Shown here: positions 44,844-54,638 of the stretch, piece by piece
Position numbering within the stretch: position 1 is the first letter of the stretch
Layout: each line of letters starts with the position of its first letter
Virus record (IMG/VR): IMGVR_UViG_3300027852_000039
Location: 1 to 64,000 of that record
Reading direction: 5' to 3' (one strand)
DNA: 64,000 nucleotides
Origin: a virus
Made by a program: the position numbers and the translations under genes
The notes under the pieces: generated by a model
The model's database searches: none
The model's input: the letters and a program-made list of their open reading frames with translations, nothing else
What the model was told of the DNA's origin: nothing

Positions 44844-45323
44844 ATGGCGACGACGAAACGCGAGCGACAAGAGGAGTTCCTTTTCCTGTATCCTCAATGC
44901 GGGTATTCGATCACTCGGACGATCCGGAAGATGAGTCCTCCTCTTCATCGGAATCAGGTCTATCGATGGAAGTCGGAGAAGGGCTTTAAGGAAAAACTCG
45001 CGGCGCTCGACATGGAGCAAGCGGACATCGCAAAGGATCAGATGTGGAGATGGTTCATCGTTCCCACGAAGGTCAAAGAGGACAAGGACGGAAACCCGGA
45101 GATAGATCCGGAGACGGGAGAGGAGAAGCGGATCCCCGCGAAACCGAATCTCACAGCGTTGATCTTCTGGATGAATATGACGGGAGACTTCGTCGGGTTC
45201 GACTTGGAGAAGGTACTCAAACAGGAAGAGCTTCAGCGGAAGAACAAGGAGCGGACGAAGAAGAAGGGTCGGAGGATCGTTCGTCCATCTGACGTGAAAG
45301 CGGTGAAGAAGGAGAAGTCATGA
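44844..45323 (+). CDS. Probable terminase small subunit (HTH) with C-terminal RRIVRP
   Basis: FL..Y...G.SI, R..VYRW....F, NLTALIFW; upstream of TerL. Confidence 0.55.
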   Translation: MATTKRERQEEFLFLYPQCGYSITRTIRKMSPPLHRNQVYRWKSEKGFKEKLAALDMEQADIAKDQMWRWFIVPTKVKEDKDGNPEIDPETGEEKRIPAKPNLTALIFWMNMTGDFVGFDLEKVLKQEELQRKNKERTKKKGRRIVRPSDVKAVKKEKS

Positions 45324-45622
45324 CGGTCGACCTGTTGCATATTTCTCTCGTCGGTGCGTGCGTCGTGTTCGTTGCGCTCGTCTTCTATCTTGGACAGAGG
45401 AGGGAGCGCTCGATCTGGATCCGGAGCGGTCGAGAGAACAGGTTCATGGTGTTCGGAGACAGGAGGTTTTTCGTGTTCAACGCGACAGAATTTGATATAG
45501 TCGACCGCAAGACAGCGGAGGTAGTTGCGGAAGCGGCGCAACGGGGAGAGAATCCCGTCAAGCGAATCACGAAGGCGTTCCGAGCTTTTCGGGAAGAGAT
45601 GTCTTCGAAGAAGGAGTCGTAG
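45320..45622 (+). CDS. Membrane protein
   Basis: N-terminal TM helix. Confidence 0.55.
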   Translation: MTVDLLHISLVGACVVFVALVFYLGQRRERSIWIRSGRENRFMVFGDRRFFVFNATEFDIVDRKTAEVVAEAAQRGENPVKRITKAFRAFREEMSSKKES

Positions 45623-45624
45623 TC

Positions 45625-45888
45625 GTGGCGAGGAAAGACGTCTCTGATCTTCAAGTCTGTTTCGTCTATTGGTTGAGATCGGACTTCCACTTCAAGCAAT
45701 GGCCGGAACAGATCCTCTCGACGATCACGGGAGAACCGGAGAAGGTTTGCTTCCGAGCAATGGAGCGCGCTTACGATCGTGATCTGATCGAGTACGGCAT
45801 GTCGCTCCGAGCGGGATGGTTGAGCGATAAGGGGAGGGAGCTTCTCTCGAACGCTTCAGGAGAGGATCTCGGGAGGACCATCCATTGA
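45625..45888 (+). CDS. Winged-helix-like hypothetical protein
   Basis: KDVSD..V, TG.PEKVC..AMERA..R.LIEYG.SLR.GWL..KG. Confidence 0.65.
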   Translation: MARKDVSDLQVCFVYWLRSDFHFKQWPEQILSTITGEPEKVCFRAMERAYDRDLIEYGMSLRAGWLSDKGRELLSNASGEDLGRTIH

Positions 45889-46412
45889 CGTTGACAGATG
45901 CGATCAAGCGACACGGACTCGGGAGCGATGAGACAGGAAGGGCGCTCCTTGCTTACGTGCGCGGAATTGTGTACAACAAGATGAACGCGGACAACGAGAA
46001 ACAGCGGGAGATGATCGCTCGATGTGTCGCGGGAGGATGGGAAGCATTATCGAAGAACCGGAAGAAGCTTCAGACGGAGAATCATCACTTCGCGGAGCGG
46101 GTCGTCCGGTCGAGGGTTGCGAGTGTCTTCAGGACGTACAGAGCGGAGCGGAAGAGGGAGGGGATCTTCCTGTCGCTCCTGGACGTCGAGGAGTATGAAC
46201 TCGCGACGAAACAGGAACTCCTTCTCGTGAGGATCCGAGACGAGATTCTTGACGAGATCGGAATCAAGGCGAAGTGCAAAGCGCGGAAGATGGCGCTCGA
46301 CGTATTGCAAGGAAGGCGAGAGATCTCTTCGTATAGTGCGGAGGATCAACGAACCATCAAAACTTTCGTATGGAGGATTATCGATTATGTCGATCCTGAT
46401 CCGTCCCCCTGA
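45885..46412 (+). CDS. Possible sigma-factor-like transcription regulator
   Basis: Region-2-like pattern (WEAL...F..RVVR..V...R); weak. Confidence 0.35.
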   Translation: MTLTDAIKRHGLGSDETGRALLAYVRGIVYNKMNADNEKQREMIARCVAGGWEALSKNRKKLQTENHHFAERVVRSRVASVFRTYRAERKREGIFLSLLDVEEYELATKQELLLVRIRDEILDEIGIKAKCKARKMALDVLQGRREISSYSAEDQRTIKTFVWRIIDYVDPDPSP

Positions 46413-46806
46413 GAAGAGCGCGGAGGAAGTCTTCATCAAGCTCCTGGCGCACGAGATGAAGGACACGTTTATGATGGATCTGTTCCAAGCACTTCAGTAT
46501 CCCGACATGAAAGCGTCCAAGGGGAAAGGAAAGAAGGAGGAGGACGAAGACGCAAAAGCTCAGACCCCGGACAAGAACTTCCCCGCTGAGTTCTATCACA
46601 TCCTGTCGCATGGGGTCGGAAGGAGACTCATAATCCCGAGGAAAAACACGATCGACTCGTTGATTTCAAAAGCGGAGATGTACGTGTTCATCCGGGACCA
46701 GAAGAACCCGGATGAGGCGTATCGCGCGGCGATGGCGAGATACAAGCTTTCCCGAGGAGACATTGATCGGATCTTTAGGATGGTCCGGAGCATTGCGGAG
46801 AAATAG
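46387..46806 (+). CDS. Possible Mor-like late transcription activator
   Basis: G..L.IP, A.YKLS...I..I; weak. Confidence 0.4.
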   Translation: MSILIRPPEKSAEEVFIKLLAHEMKDTFMMDLFQALQYPDMKASKGKGKKEEDEDAKAQTPDKNFPAEFYHILSHGVGRRLIIPRKNTIDSLISKAEMYVFIRDQKNPDEAYRAAMARYKLSRGDIDRIFRMVRSIAEK

Positions 46807-46808
46807 AC

Positions 46809-47216
46809 ATGCCGATGTTAGATCTTCGACAGGTTCTCGCTCGCGTGAGCGAGGCACAGTTCAATCGGATCGAGCGCCTTATGTCGTTCGTGGAGGCGAT
46901 CGAGAAGAAGGAGTTCGATCCGCTCATGGTCAAGAGTAACGGATACAAGGCGCACGAACTCGAACGAGGATACAAGATCGCATCGAAGGCGCTCGTCGAT
47001 ATTTGGAAGGCGACGTTGGCGCAACAAGTCTCCTCGATTTCGGAGGATGTCCCGGACGATCTCGAAGCGCTGTACTACGAACTCTTGTCAATGTCCGAGA
47101 AAGATGTCGGTCGTCTTCAGGCGGCGGTCAAGCTCTTCCGGAGCGATGTGGACATCGAGCAATTCCTCGCGCTCGCGGAGAAGATCGAAGGAGGGAAGGA
47201 TGGGAAAGAGCCTTGA
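46809..47216 (+). CDS. Hypothetical protein
   Basis: ORF track. Confidence 0.6.
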   Translation: MPMLDLRQVLARVSEAQFNRIERLMSFVEAIEKKEFDPLMVKSNGYKAHELERGYKIASKALVDIWKATLAQQVSSISEDVPDDLEALYYELLSMSEKDVGRLQAAVKLFRSDVDIEQFLALAEKIEGGKDGKEP

Positions 47217-47475
47217 CGAAAAGCTCCGCAACAAACCGAGGAAAGAGTACATAGCGTTCCTCTGTCCATTCCAGGAGATAGAGGACAGAATGAACTTTCA
47301 TGCGGAACAAGGTTATTGGTATCTCGACGCGAAGGAGTCGCGGCAACCCTGGAGAGGAGGAAGCGAACCACAGTGGTTGATTATCATGAGGTATCGACCG
47401 AAGGAAGCAATGACTAAGCAAGGTGGGACGAAAACCAAACCCGTTATTCCCTACGGAGGAACTCGTGAGCAATAG
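47200..47475 (+). CDS. DUF4177-like protein
   Basis: YIA...PF..IE..MN.HAEQGY. Confidence 0.5.
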   Translation: MGKSLDEKLRNKPRKEYIAFLCPFQEIEDRMNFHAEQGYWYLDAKESRQPWRGGSEPQWLIIMRYRPKEAMTKQGGTKTKPVIPYGGTREQ

Positions 47476-47716
47476 ACTGTACAACTACATCGCGAAGACG
47501 GTTCCGTTTGGAGGGCTTGAAGAGTTCCTGAATCATTTTGCTGAACATGGATACGTCCTCGTGAGCAATCATCCGGCGACGATCGATGTGTCTCATCGAG
47601 AAGCAGAAACCGAAGACGGGAAGGAAGGAGCTACCGGAACGCTCGTGTACGACAAGTTCAATGTCGTCATGGCTCAGTACGTCGGACCGAGAGGTCCAGA
47701 AGTCCAGGGGAACTAA
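47465..47716 (+). CDS. DUF4177-like protein, tandem paralog
   Basis: YIA...PF..LEEFLNHFAEHGY.LVS. Confidence 0.55.
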   Translation: MSNRLYNYIAKTVPFGGLEEFLNHFAEHGYVLVSNHPATIDVSHREAETEDGKEGATGTLVYDKFNVVMAQYVGPRGPEVQGN

Positions 47717-47718
47717 TC

Positions 47719-49494
47719 TTGACGGACTCAATCCTCGAAGCACTTGACACCCTCCGAAGAATCAAGTCTCCCAAAACAGCGAAACAGGTCCGCGAGATCG
47801 TTCCTATATCGGAGTGGCTTGAATCTCCGTACTACGTCGGGGAAGACGGTCTGAAGCTCTACGACGTATGGAAGGACGAGCTTGCGAAGGTCTTCGACGA
47901 GGACAAGCCGAAATCCGAGTGGATCGTAACAGGATCCCTCGGGAGCGGGAAGTCGACGGCGGGGGAGTTCGCGGAAGTCCGGAAGGTCTACGAGCTTTCA
48001 TGCTTTGAACCGATCCCGTATCTGTTCAATTTCATGAAATCGTCGACGATCATGTTCATCTATTTCTCGATCACTCTGGAGCAAGCTCAGAGAACGGGGT
48101 TCGGGGAGATCCGGAGAAGGGTTGACTCGATCCCGTACTTCACAAGGCGCTTCGGTAGAAACCGAGACAAAGACAAAGCGCTCGAATTCAAGAACCTCTC
48201 GATCATCTACGGATCGGACGTCGGTCATCAAGTAGGAACCCATCTGATTAGCGCTCTACTGGACGAAGCGAACTTCATGGATCGGAAGTTCGATGCGATG
48301 AAAAAAAACTACTCAAAAGCTCAGGCGCTTTACAATAGCGTCCTGAACCGGAGACTGAACCGCTTTGTGATTGACGGCGTCGATCATGGTCTGTCCGTTC
48401 TTGTGTCTTCAGCGGCAACGACGTCGAGCTTCACGGAAGAGCGCATCGAGGCGGCGAGGGACAACTCGCGATCGCACGTCTCTGAAGTGACGGCGTTCAA
48501 GGTCAAGCGGAAAGAATACGACCTGAACGAGTTCCTCGTGTTCGTGGGGACGGAGCTTGTCGACCCGTGTCTGATCGACAACTATGGAGACTTGACCCGG
48601 ACGTGCGAAGCGCTCGGGACCGAATGTCCGGAGCATGGATCCCTGAGACGGAGAGTCCGAAGGATCGAAGAGAAATACAGAGATCTCTTTCAATGGGTTC
48701 CCTCCGAACAGTTCCGGGACAGCTTCGAGAAGAACCTCCTCGATTCGATTCAAGACGTCCTCGGGATCTCGACGCGACCGCTCGGGAAACTCTTTCAGAG
48801 TCATTCGAAATACGCGAAGGTAATCGAGCTTGCGGACTATCTCGAAGCGAGACATCCGTTCACGAGCGAGGTCATCACGATCTCGACCGAGAACAACAAG
48901 ATGATCCAGGACTTCATAATCGAGGAACGGATGGGTCCGAAGAACAAGGCGCGATGTATCCACGTCGATCAATCCAAGTCGAACGACTGGACGGGGATCG
49001 CAAGCGCATACGTGGACGGATACATCGACATTCAGGTCGGAGAGAAGAGTCAGAGGGTTGCGCTCGTCCGGGTTGAATTCGTGATCGTGATCGAACCTCC
49101 AAAGAAACCCGCAGAGATCCCGATCGAGCGAACACGTCTCTTCGTCAATTGGTTGAAAGACAATAAGTACAGAGTCTCTCGTGTGACCTATGACGCATGG
49201 GGATCCGTGGAGTCGATTCAGATTCTTCAGCGTCAAGGGATCGCGGCGTCTCACTATTCCGTCGACAAGGACGACGAACCATACAAGCAACTCGTCACGA
49301 TGATAAACCAGGGTCCGAGGATCCTCCTGTACGATCATCCGATTTTCAGGCGCGAGCTTTTCAACCTGGATCATGATCGGATGAAAGGGAAGGTCGACCA
49401 TCCGGAGAAGGGATCCAAGGACGCAGCGGACGCGGTTTGTGGCGCGGTGAACAACGCTCTCCTCGCAATTCTCCCCGAACCGAGGATTCGGTAA
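47719..49494 (+). CDS. terL: Terminase large subunit
   Basis: Walker A GSLGSGKST, Walker B LLDEA, nuclease IHVDQS..D.TG, TYD.W.S, KVDHP..GSKD.ADA. Confidence 0.9.
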   Translation: MTDSILEALDTLRRIKSPKTAKQVREIVPISEWLESPYYVGEDGLKLYDVWKDELAKVFDEDKPKSEWIVTGSLGSGKSTAGEFAEVRKVYELSCFEPIPYLFNFMKSSTIMFIYFSITLEQAQRTGFGEIRRRVDSIPYFTRRFGRNRDKDKALEFKNLSIIYGSDVGHQVGTHLISALLDEANFMDRKFDAMKKNYSKAQALYNSVLNRRLNRFVIDGVDHGLSVLVSSAATTSSFTEERIEAARDNSRSHVSEVTAFKVKRKEYDLNEFLVFVGTELVDPCLIDNYGDLTRTCEALGTECPEHGSLRRRVRRIEEKYRDLFQWVPSEQFRDSFEKNLLDSIQDVLGISTRPLGKLFQSHSKYAKVIELADYLEARHPFTSEVITISTENNKMIQDFIIEERMGPKNKARCIHVDQSKSNDWTGIASAYVDGYIDIQVGEKSQRVALVRVEFVIVIEPPKKPAEIPIERTRLFVNWLKDNKYRVSRVTYDAWGSVESIQILQRQGIAASHYSVDKDDEPYKQLVTMINQGPRILLYDHPIFRRELFNLDHDRMKGKVDHPEKGSKDAADAVCGAVNNALLAILPEPRIR

Positions 49495-49576
49495 AGAATC
49501 CAAGGACTTGCCGAAGACATCTCTGAAACTCCCTGATCGCGCGCGCACTATATCTTGAATAGGAGGCCCGTTTCCT

Positions 49577-51655
49577 ATGCAAGATATAGTGTCCGGTTCG
49601 AAGGCGCTCGCACCCTTCAATCCTGGAATCCCCCTGTCAAATTACCGAATCATCCCTCGATCCCCTGTCGTCGCGGATCGTCTTCGGTCAGTCGCGAAAG
49701 CGCATAAGCTGACGGATCCAGGATGGGCGCAAGTGTTCGGGTCCGGGAAGTGGTCTATCTCGGAAGAGAACTTTTACAAACAACACCTTTGGGTCTACGC
49801 GTGCATAAATCGGATCTCGTCCAACGTCGGCGGCGTCCCCTACGAAGTGTACAAGGGGGACACGGAAGTTCCGGTCGATGACGAGAAGGACGATTGCTTC
49901 CGACTCTTCCGAGATGTCAACCCGCACCTTTCCCGATACCAGCTATTCGAAGGAACTTCGATCTTCCTCTATGGGTGGGGCGAAGCGTTTTGGGTTCTTG
50001 AGAAACTCGGGATGCCGACCGTCCAAGAGATTTGGATGTTCCGTCCGGATCACTTCAAGCATGTCGTCAAAGACGGGAAGCTCATCGGATGGGTATACGA
50101 CCGGGGAGTGAAACAGGTTCCGCTCGAACTCGACGAAGTGATTCATTTCCGACTGTTCAATCCGTACGACGACATTCGCGGATTCAATCCGATGCAAGTC
50201 GCAAAGCTCACGGTCGAGACGGATTACTTCGCGCAAAAGTTCAACTGGAATTTCTTCAAACAGGGTGCGACCCCTGGACTCTCTCTCACGACAGAGCAAG
50301 CACTCGACGACGATCAGTACGATCGCGTCATGGCGCAATGGGAACAGAAGTATTCCGGACTGTCGAAGTCTCATTCGATCGCGATCCTCGATGGAGGACT
50401 CAAGTTCGACAAGATGCCGATCACGCAGAGGGACATGGACTTCGGAGGTCTTCGGAAGATGGCGAGGGAGGAGGTCTGTGCAATCCTCGGAGTTCCTCCC
50501 GCTGAAGTCGGGATCCTCGAATACTCTCGCGCGTTCGCGAACACGAAGTCGCAAGACAAAGGGTTTTGGCAGAAGACCCTGATCCCTCGGATGCATTACT
50601 TCGAAGACATCCTGAACACGAATTTCTTTCCCGTCCATTTCCCGGAACATCAAGGGTACTTCGATCTGTCGGTTGTCGAAGCGCTTCAAGCGGATCTCCA
50701 TGAGAAGGCGAAGACGGCGAAGACCTTTCATACGATGGGATATCCGATCAACGTTATCAACGAGAGCATGGGTCTCGGGTTCCCGGAAATCAACGGGGGA
50801 GAGTTCGGATACCTTCCGCAAAACTACATCCCCGTTACGGCGGTGAAGGACGCGAAGAAGACGGTCGACAAGGTGCGCGAGGAGATCGGAGAGAAGATCA
50901 CGCGACGGATCGTTCGACCGAAAAGGAAGTACACGAAGGTCGGTTCTCTCAACACGCGGAAGATCGAAGCGATGAGAGTGCGGTACGCGGAAGAACTTCG
51001 CCTTGAGATCGAGAGCGCTAAGGAGCGGATCCGCGATCATCTGAAGGGTGTCTTCGGATACGGAAAGAAGATGCGGACGAAAGGACCGAAACAGTACGCT
51101 CCCGAAGTCATCGAGGGAATCTTTTCCGATTGGGTCAAGGGATGGAAGGAGAAGGGTGCGGAGTACCTCAAGGAAGCGTTCGAGTTTGGTCTGTCTTCTG
51201 CAGAGGAACTCATGGGAGACTTGCTCACGAGCGAGACGTTCCGAGAGACGGTTCTCATTCAATTGACGTCGAAGAACGACGCGTTCGTCCAAAAGAGGAT
51301 CGATTCAATCCTCGCACAACTCGCGAGCGAGCTTTCAGATATAGGATGGGAAGGCGAAGGGGCGGCGTCGGTCGCGGTTGATCTGTTGAACCGACACACC
51401 TTCCGCGCTGAAACCTTCGCGAATTTTGTTCTCTCTGTAGCGCACCATTCCTTCGTAGCGGAGGGGGCAGAGAGAAAGTATCAAGGCATCTGGCACACAA
51501 CCGGAGACGGGAACGAGTGTCCCACTTGCGAGGGGATGCCTTCCGGAAATCCGTGGAAGCTCGGAGAGATGACGACGCTTCCGGGAGAGGACGTCATCTG
51601 TAACGGTCGGTGTCGATGCTATGTGGAGATCGTGAATCCAGAAGAAGGGGGTTAG
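49577..51655 (+). CDS. HK97-family portal protein fused to a Mu gpF-like head morphogenesis domain
   Basis: VYACI..I, NP, GEAFW, EVIHFR..NP.D..RG..P, FF.QGA.P, GVPP..VG; C-terminal W....D...C..C...CRC. Confidence 0.9.
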   Translation: MQDIVSGSKALAPFNPGIPLSNYRIIPRSPVVADRLRSVAKAHKLTDPGWAQVFGSGKWSISEENFYKQHLWVYACINRISSNVGGVPYEVYKGDTEVPVDDEKDDCFRLFRDVNPHLSRYQLFEGTSIFLYGWGEAFWVLEKLGMPTVQEIWMFRPDHFKHVVKDGKLIGWVYDRGVKQVPLELDEVIHFRLFNPYDDIRGFNPMQVAKLTVETDYFAQKFNWNFFKQGATPGLSLTTEQALDDDQYDRVMAQWEQKYSGLSKSHSIAILDGGLKFDKMPITQRDMDFGGLRKMAREEVCAILGVPPAEVGILEYSRAFANTKSQDKGFWQKTLIPRMHYFEDILNTNFFPVHFPEHQGYFDLSVVEALQADLHEKAKTAKTFHTMGYPINVINESMGLGFPEINGGEFGYLPQNYIPVTAVKDAKKTVDKVREEIGEKITRRIVRPKRKYTKVGSLNTRKIEAMRVRYAEELRLEIESAKERIRDHLKGVFGYGKKMRTKGPKQYAPEVIEGIFSDWVKGWKEKGAEYLKEAFEFGLSSAEELMGDLLTSETFRETVLIQLTSKNDAFVQKRIDSILAQLASELSDIGWEGEGAASVAVDLLNRHTFRAETFANFVLSVAHHSFVAEGAERKYQGIWHTTGDGNECPTCEGMPSGNPWKLGEMTTLPGEDVICNGRCRCYVEIVNPEEGG

Positions 51656-51659
51656 GAGA

Positions 51660-53183
51660 ATGGACAAGAAGCAAGTCTTCGCTCACATCAAAGAAATGAA
51701 GGACAGGAAGTTCTTCGCTTATGCTTCGACACGATCTCTCGACCGGGACGGGGAGGTCATCCTTCCCGAAGCGTTCAACAACATAATTGAGTTCATGAAG
51801 AACCCGGTTCTCTTGCAGATGCACGATTACCAGAAACCCTCTGCCGGAAAGATTTTGAACCTCGACATCGATTCGAAGGGACTCCTTTTCGAGGGGGAGT
51901 TCGCTCCCACGGACGAAGGTCGAATGTTCAGGACCTTGTACGAAGAGGAATTCATGAACGCGTTCTCGATCGGGTTCATTCCGAACTCCTGGACCGAGAT
52001 CGATCCGGAGAACAACGAGACGGTCTATCGTCTGACCACTCCGAACGGAGTCGTTGAGTTCAACCTTGACGACTACAAGAAAAGCGGGACGGTTTATCGC
52101 GTGTACACGGACGTCGAACTTCTCGAAGTATCGGTCGTTCCTGTCCCCGCTAACCCGGACGCGCTTCAGCGGATGCACCAGCTTTCCGTAAAGCTCAAGG
52201 AGTGGGTCAACAAGCTGGACGTAAAGGGGAAGGACGCGAAGACCGGAGACACGGACGATCCGAACAAGGACAAGGAGCTTCCCGGACGTGAGATCGAAGT
52301 GGGGGACGTGGTTCAACTCGAAACCGAACACGGGTATTTCCTCACGGAAGAGCTTGAAGGATTCAAGAGCTTCCGGCGAGTAGACGACGCGGAGGTCGTC
52401 GATCACAAGGGAGTCGACGCGATCCTCGGATTCGACGAGGAGAGGAAGGAGACGACCGTCTGTTACCTGTACAGCGCGGAAGCGTGGACGGAAGAGAAGG
52501 CGACCAAGGACGTCAACGCGCGCGAGGTCGAAGGACAGATCGGGAACTTCTACGCGGCGAAGGGAGAAGGAGAGTCCGAGGGGGGAGACGACAAGGAGGA
52601 AAGGAAGCGAGTCATCCCCTACAAGAAGTATCCGACCATCGATCGTTCGTGGGATGCTGGCGCGGCAAGGAAGCGCCTTGTCTCGTGGGCGGGAGGTCCG
52701 GAGAAGGAGGACATCGACTTCTCGAAATTCCGTCTCGGGTTCGGGTGGTACGACGAGTCGAAAGCGGATGCTGTGACGGCGTACAAGTATCCGCATCACG
52801 ACGTCATTGACGGCGCGCTGAAGACGAACATTCGCGGTGTCGTCGCGGCGATGCAAGTCGTCAACGGTGCGCGAGGAGGGGACTCTCTCTCCGACGCGGA
52901 TAGGAAGAAGCTGTACAACCATCTCGCGAAGCATTATCGAGACGCGGACATGGAACCTCCCGAGCTGAAGGAGTTCGATGATCCGGAACTCGACCCTGCT
53001 CTTGACGCTCTCTTCGAGGTCAAGCGAGAGGTCGCGGACCTTGCGAAGATGGTCAGTGAGATCAAAGAGAAAATGGTCCCGAAGTCCGAAGGATCAGGAG
53101 ATCCGTCTGAGGACACAAAGGACGCGGAAACGTGGGACGCAATCGCGAACGGAGTGAAAGAGATCTCTGAAGCGGTTCAGTAA
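51660..53183 (+). CDS. HK97 prohead maturation protease with C-terminal accessory domains
   Basis: YAST..LDRDGEVI, HDY, FSIGF, ELLEVSVVPVPANPDAL; C-terminal YK.PHH..., HLAKHY. Confidence 0.9.
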   Translation: MDKKQVFAHIKEMKDRKFFAYASTRSLDRDGEVILPEAFNNIIEFMKNPVLLQMHDYQKPSAGKILNLDIDSKGLLFEGEFAPTDEGRMFRTLYEEEFMNAFSIGFIPNSWTEIDPENNETVYRLTTPNGVVEFNLDDYKKSGTVYRVYTDVELLEVSVVPVPANPDALQRMHQLSVKLKEWVNKLDVKGKDAKTGDTDDPNKDKELPGREIEVGDVVQLETEHGYFLTEELEGFKSFRRVDDAEVVDHKGVDAILGFDEERKETTVCYLYSAEAWTEEKATKDVNAREVEGQIGNFYAAKGEGESEGGDDKEERKRVIPYKKYPTIDRSWDAGAARKRLVSWAGGPEKEDIDFSKFRLGFGWYDESKADAVTAYKYPHHDVIDGALKTNIRGVVAAMQVVNGARGGDSLSDADRKKLYNHLAKHYRDADMEPPELKEFDDPELDPALDALFEVKREVADLAKMVSEIKEKMVPKSEGSGDPSEDTKDAETWDAIANGVKEISEAVQ

Positions 53184-53243
53184 CCCACGGCGGCGCGGAT
53201 CGGGAAAGACGGTTTTCAACTCTGAAGGATGGAGGGAAGCGAA

Positions 53244-54380
53244 ATGGATGAGAAAGTACAGGAGGTTCTTCAGTCCTTGGAGGAACTGAAGGGACTCGCG
53301 GGGAAGATCACAACCCTGGAGGAAATGCACAAGGCGACGGACGCGATCGCACAGAAGGCGTACGGCGCGATCGAGAGTCTGAAAGCCGCGAGGAAGATCG
53401 GGATCACCGACTTTGACTCCGAAGGCGAGTCGAAGAAGTTCCTCGAATGGTTCATGCACGCGGCGAACGACTTCAAGTTCGTGGACCCGGAGAAGAAAGC
53501 AACGATGGTCGGAGACTCGGCGGCGAGCGGTGGATACCTCGTCCCGGAGGAGTTCCTTCCGACACTGATCCGGATCATCTACAAGTACGGGAAGTTCCGA
53601 CAGGGTGCGACCGTGGTCCCCATGAACACGGACACGCTCAAGATCCCTTCCCTCGCTTCTGAGCTTACGGTTCAGTGGTTGTCCACTCAGGCGTCCTCAA
53701 TGAACGAGGTCGCTCCGACGTTCTCCGAGGTCGAACTCGCCGTCAAGACGATGGCGTGTCTCGTCCCGGTCGCGAACGAACTCATGATGGACTCCATGAT
53801 CGACGTCGCGAACCTTCTCGCGACCCTCATGGGCGAAGCGGTCGCGAAGGAGGAGGACAGGATCGGGTTCGCCGGGGACGTGACTGGAAACGGCGATCCA
53901 TACAACGGGATCCTGAACGCGACAGGCGTGAACATCGTTACGCTCGGGACCGGAAGGACGAAGTTCGCTGATCTGACCGCTGACGATATCGCGGACATGA
54001 TCGACGCAGCGGAGGACGACGACAACGCGGTGTTTGTCCTTCATCGTACGATCTTCAACGTGATCCGGAAGCTGAAGGATCAGAACGGGAATTACATCTA
54101 TCAGTCTCCGGACGCGGGAGAACCCGGAACCATTTGGGGATACCCGTACGTTAAGTCGAACGTCATGCCGAAGATCTCGCAGAGCGCCGCAGATACCTCG
54201 TATGTGATCTTCGGGAACCTTCGGTATGCGTACCTCGGGAACCGTCAACAGATGCAGATCGCTTCCTCCCCGCACGCGGGTTTCACGAAGAACGTCACGT
54301 ACGTTCGAATGATTGAGAGGATCGCGATCGCTGTCGGTGCCGGGGATGCTTTCTCGGCTCTGAAGACTGCCGCGCAATAG
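53244..54380 (+). CDS. Major capsid protein, HK97 fold
   Basis: GGYLVPEEF, EL..DS, G......P.GIL, LKDQNGNYI, GYP, FGNL. Confidence 0.93.
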   Translation: MDEKVQEVLQSLEELKGLAGKITTLEEMHKATDAIAQKAYGAIESLKAARKIGITDFDSEGESKKFLEWFMHAANDFKFVDPEKKATMVGDSAASGGYLVPEEFLPTLIRIIYKYGKFRQGATVVPMNTDTLKIPSLASELTVQWLSTQASSMNEVAPTFSEVELAVKTMACLVPVANELMMDSMIDVANLLATLMGEAVAKEEDRIGFAGDVTGNGDPYNGILNATGVNIVTLGTGRTKFADLTADDIADMIDAAEDDDNAVFVLHRTIFNVIRKLKDQNGNYIYQSPDAGEPGTIWGYPYVKSNVMPKISQSAADTSYVIFGNLRYAYLGNRQQMQIASSPHAGFTKNVTYVRMIERIAIAVGAGDAFSALKTAAQ

Positions 54381-54422
54381 TCGACAGGCCTGGAGAGTGG
54401 TTGCTGAAGGAGGGGTCGGGTC

Positions 54423-54617
54423 GTGGAATCTATGGAGTGTGTTGTCAAGCGCCCGTTCTTTCATCGTCGGGTCGGCCGGCGACTGGAGAAGGACGAGCGG
54501 ATTGACTTGACCCCTCACGAAGCGAAAGCAATCGGACCGAGGTTTATATCGATCACGACGAGAGGTCTGAAAGGACCGCATTCGCACAAGATGATCGAGA
54601 ACGCTTCCAACAAGTAA
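54423..54617 (+). CDS. Small head-associated protein
   Basis: P..HKMI tail typical of post-MCP genes. Confidence 0.5.
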   Translation: MESMECVVKRPFFHRRVGRRLEKDERIDLTPHEAKAIGPRFISITTRGLKGPHSHKMIENASNK

Positions 54618-54638
54618 AAAAGAAAAGAGGAGGTTCTC

